From Mustelus asterias (Eukaryota), in NCBI RefSeq assembly GCF_964213995.1, contig NC_135834.1:10726001-10790000 (forward strand): 64,000 nucleotides of DNA, in the 5' to 3' direction. Position 1 is the first letter of the stretch, and the number at the start of each line of letters is the position of its first letter. Both the position numbers and the translations under genes were made by a program. Below are positions 63,282-64,000 of the stretch, piece by piece. Below the pieces are notes generated by a model. The model did no database searches and was not told the DNA's origin. It saw only the letters and a list, made by a program, of their open reading frames with translations.

Positions 63282-64000
63282 TATTTTTCTTTCTTTTGCA
63301 TATTCAAGCACAGGACCAGCCAAGGCTTAATCTCTGGAAGATGATTGTAGTGTAATAAAATGGACATATTTAAAATACCCCCCTTGTGCAAAACAAATTG
63401 CCATGACTTGTCCTGGAATCTAGCTCACTCCTGAGACATATGCTTATGTTGATTATTACTGGGCTTTGTGCACTTTGAAAGCATCCCAGTCATGAGGGGA
63501 TACTCACCAACTGTTCCCCACATCGGCAGCAGGTAGAAATGCAGAAGCACTGCTGCTTCTGGCACTTCATCAACAGTCTTCACTGTTCCTGGCCTTTCCT
63601 TTGTGGTGCCTCAGTTTGTGATTGCTCTCCCAGCTATTGTTGCTGTTATTCAGTCCCAGAGGAGGAGGTTCAGCTGCTTAGGTGCTTACCAGGCAGATCC
63701 CCACCCATGAGCTTGAACTCCCAACTATTCCCTGGTGGTTGTCACCCTTTAGATTACAGATCCTAATGACCACACGTGGCTCCCACTGACAGCCCTACCC
63801 CCAGCTGCAGAAAAACAGCAACAAGGTTCTTAGATTTGCAGACATTTCTGGATGTGAGTGCAGTTGGTTAGTAATGTACCTAACTCGCGTTTGTCAGACC
63901 TGACATTGACCTCATGATAACCTCTTCACACTCCCCAGTTTGGGAATCTCTGCCCTAGTTTGTATAATATGTAACCAACAGAATAAAGTTTGAGTATATT

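Noticed and set aside
63490-63770. Possible EIF4B exon 11 or antisense exon
   Set aside because: The translation does not resemble the eIF4B C-terminus; minus-strand donor-like motifs are present but I found no coherent reading frame.

Overview
Eukaryotic DNA, almost certainly from a shark: it carries HE1-type tRNA-derived SINEs, CR1, L2, Rex/Babar and L1 LINE fragments, and Penelope-like remnants. Bases 1-32.6 kb contain no host gene that I can recognise and are saturated with repeats. From a CpG-island promoter at about 32.65-33.35 kb, the + strand carries the first 10 coding exons of EIF4B (ATG at 32777; 1288 coding nt, about 429 codons; all introns GT-AG with consistent phases; RRM, DRYG-rich region and S406/S422-type phosphosites). 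The gene runs off the right end. The most notable non-genic structures are: (1) Penelope-derived hammerhead-ribozyme modules, including a 111-bp TSD-flanked mini-insert with an intact-looking core and a ~1-kb palindrome; (2) two 72-bp tandem arrays 7 kb apart that look related by ectopic conversion; (3) one SINE head joined to two different LINE-type tails; (4) an ABABA minisatellite; (5) two perfect hairpins. Repeat family names come from motif recognition, not database searches, and repeat boundaries are approximate. I found no convincing novel protein-coding system.
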